This document shows positions 62,097 through 64,000 of a DNA stretch of 64,000 nt, in pieces. Each line of letters begins with the position of its first letter. Position 1 is the stretch's first letter. The translations under genes were made by a program, and so were the position numbers. The stretch is taken from NCBI RefSeq assembly GCF_902785355.1, contig NZ_CACZYF010000002.1. The stretch is one strand, 5' to 3'. Source of the stretch: an uncultured Ruminococcus sp. (lineage in GTDB: Bacteria; Bacillota; Clostridia; Oscillospirales; Acutalibacteraceae). The notes under the pieces were generated by a model, which saw only the letters and a program-made list of their open reading frames with translations, did not search any database and had not been told where the DNA came from.

Positions 62097-62288
62097 GGGG
62101 CTGTCGCAAAACAAAAAATGTCATTCTGAACGCAAGTGAAGAATCTGAAAGTGCTCATTTTTCCGTCCGATTACACATAATAGGTGTAATCAAATCAGAT
62201 AAATTGCACGATAAGATCCTTCGCTAAAGCTCAGGATGACACTCTGAGGGGCTATCGCTATTCTTAGTGCGACAGCCCCTTGTTTTTT
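62097..62288. repeat. Triple-nested palindromic element (copy g), whose 3' part also forms a plus-strand terminator
   Basis: Outer pair GGGGCTGTCGCA/TGCGACAGCCCC. Middle pair GTCATTCTGAACGCAAGTGAAGAATC (62120-62145) with GATCCTTCGCTAAAGCTCAGGATGAC (62215-62240). Centre GATTACAC-ataatag-GTGTAATC. Finally GGGGCTATCGC...GCGACAGCCCC followed by TTGTTTTTT. Confidence 0.7.
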
Positions 62289-62358
62289 CAATCCTTGAAA
62301 GTCAAAAAATGCTTTCCACAGCGAGTCATCGGGCTATAAATACCGATACTCCGATATA

Positions 62359-63159
62359 TCAAAGCAGCGTTTTGTTCATACTTCCGGTTTGGTAGCCGCG
62401 CAGCTCCAAGGCGACATAGAGAAAGCCGAGTTCGTTCAGCTTTTCGGTGATCCTGTCGGCGATCTCAGGCTCGATGATACGTGGGAACTGCCCGCGCTCG
62501 ATCTCGATGCGGGCTACCTCGCCGTGTACCCGAACACGCACCTGACTAAAGCCCATATCGATCAGGAGCTGTTCCGCTTCACCGACCGACTTCAGCTTTT
62601 CCGCAGTGATATGTACACCGTAGGGAAAGCGCGTCGCAAAGCAAGCAAACGACGGCTTATTGTACGTCGGGAGACCAAGCTGCTCGGACAGCGCCCGTAT
62701 CTCCGCTTTTGTCAGTCCAACCTCCTGTAGAGGGCTTCGCACTCCGAGCTCTCGAAGTGCCGACATACCGGGTCGGTAATCGCTCAGATCATCGATGTTT
62801 GAGCCCTCGACGATCTTTGTAAAGCCATACTCCTCGGCAGTTTTAAGAAAGGCGGTAAACAGCTCTTTCTTACAGATATAGCAGCGGTCGGGCGGGTTAT
62901 CGGCAAAGCCGACGATCGCCATCTGATCGATCTCCACCGTAACCGGCCTGACGCCGAGGCTCTCGCAAAAGGCTCGCGCCTCCCGATTCTCTCTTTCGGG
63001 AAAAGAGATCGATTTGCCTGTGATTGCGAGAACGTTCTCACCCAGCGCTTCATACGCCGCTTTAAGTAAAAGCGTAGAGTCTACGCCTGCAGAAAAAGCG
63101 ACAGCCGTACGTTTCATTTCCCTGAGCCGTTTGATCAGCTCATGCCATTTATCGTTCAT
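62359..63159 (-). CDS. larE: PP-loop ATP-utilising enzyme, LarE-type sulfur transferase
   Basis: Contains AVAFSAGVDSTLLL (PP-loop) and the CYICKKELF motif. Adjacent to larC. Confidence 0.75.
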   Translation of the reverse strand: MNDKWHELIKRLREMKRTAVAFSAGVDSTLLLKAAYEALGENVLAITGKSISFPERENREARAFCESLGVRPVTVEIDQMAIVGFADNPPDRCYICKKELFTAFLKTAEEYGFTKIVEGSNIDDLSDYRPGMSALRELGVRSPLQEVGLTKAEIRALSEQLGLPTYNKPSFACFATRFPYGVHITAEKLKSVGEAEQLLIDMGFSQVRVRVHGEVARIEIERGQFPRIIEPEIADRITEKLNELGFLYVALELRGYQTGSMNKTLL

Positions 63160-64000
63160 ACTCTTTCAGCAATTCCCTTGCTTGCGCAAGACTGATTCTC
63201 TTTTCATCTGCGATCCGCGCGAGATCGTCGTACTCGAGCTTTACTCGCGTCACGCCATGGCCCGAGGAACGCTTTCGGCGGATCATGCCGAACGGTGTTT
63301 CCACCGTTTCGATCTTCCTGTCCAGCGTATAGCGGTCAACCGCAGTCTCACGGATGCCTATGGTTGTCGTGTGCATAAAAATCAGGCGAGCAATCTTTTC
63401 TTTCTCATGTTCTTTACAGATCACCTTTAATAATAAGCCCGGACGGTTCTTCTTCATCCCGACAGGAATGGTAAAGACCTCTGCCGCACCGCCGTCGAAC
63501 AGCTTCTCCATCGCGAAACCGATCGCCTCACCCGTCATATCATCTACGTTGCAGGAAAGCTCCACGATACCGCTCTGCACACTGTCCGACTCGCCTAACA
63601 TCGCACGGATACAGTTTGCGACGGGGAATTCCTTCTTCCCCATACCGTAGCCGATCGCCTGCGTCCTCATCACGGGCATCTCGCCGAATCGCGTCACAAA
63701 GCGCTTTAACAAGGCCGCTCCCGTCGGTGTACACAGCTCGCCGTCGATCTTTCCCGAATAAGCGGGGATTCCCTTTAAAAGATACGCTGTCGCGGGAGCG
63801 GGAACAGGCAAAATACCGTGAGCGCACTTAACCGTGCCGCAGCCGACGTGTACGGGAGAAGCAACCACCTCGTCGGGTGCGATCCGGTACATCAGCATAC
63901 ATACTGCCGCGATATCCGCGACTGCATCGATCGAGCCTACCTCATGAAAGTGGATATCGTTTACGGGGACGCCGTGTACATGGCTCTCTGCCTCGGCGAT
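63149..64000 (-). CDS. larC: Nickel-pincer cofactor biosynthesis protein LarC (DUF111), with the N-terminus outside the window
   Basis: The reading frame stays open to the window edge (...VNDIHFHEVGSIDAVADIAAVCMLMYRIAP...GILPVPAPAT...ELCTPTGAALL). Confidence 0.8.
   Translation of the reverse strand: MAEAESHVHGVPVNDIHFHEVGSIDAVADIAAVCMLMYRIAPDEVVASPVHVGCGTVKCAHGILPVPAPATAYLLKGIPAYSGKIDGELCTPTGAALLKRFVTRFGEMPVMRTQAIGYGMGKKEFPVANCIRAMLGESDSVQSGIVELSCNVDDMTGEAIGFAMEKLFDGGAAEVFTIPVGMKKNRPGLLLKVICKEHEKEKIARLIFMHTTTIGIRETAVDRYTLDRKIETVETPFGMIRRKRSSGHGVTRVKLEYDDLARIADEKRISLAQARELLKEYER

Overview
This 64-kb window looks like a moderately GC-rich Gram-positive anaerobe, probably Clostridia-like. The clues are a dockerin protein, a SpoVD-type PBP with PASTA domains, a split PurH/PurO, and class 1B PyrD/PyrK.

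Positions 1-41.4 kb are core genome. Apart from csoR-copA, every gene is on the minus strand:
- csoR(partial)-copA, the copper efflux pair.
- A condensed dcw cell-division/wall cluster: mraZ-rsmH-ftsL-pbp-mraY-ftsW-murG-murA-ftsQ-ftsZ.
- A glycosyltransferase plus an LPG-synthase-like membrane protein.
- One long co-directional nucleotide-biosynthesis block: pyrC-carB-pyrK-pyrD-pyrF-pyrE-pyrB-pyrI-guaB-purE-purF-purM-purN-purO-purH-(Zn-ribbon membrane protein)-purD-purL.

A tRNA with a CAT anticodon (41999-42075) is followed by a lower-GC mobile island of about 20 kb (about 42.1-62.1 kb). It ends with a large serine recombinase. Its main cargo is a tightly packed 8-gene operon: SNF2 helicase, two DUF4391-like proteins, a 4-TM protein, Type III Mod, a DUF4263/Shedu-like protein, a small TM protein, and Type III Res. 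The island also carries a DUF3990/HTH pair, a dockerin protein and several small proteins. The window ends in larE and partial larC.

Two things stand out:
1. The composite SNF2/DUF4391/Type III/Shedu-like operon, which has AT-rich cassettes nested inside it.
2. A family of at least 8 intergenic nested-hairpin elements, one of them intragenic. Their arms are built from copy-specific 7-nt tandem units, and they fill seven of the spacers of about 100 nt or more inside the dcw, pur and pyr operons.

All calls come from reading the sequence and the ORF translations by eye. No database search was run.
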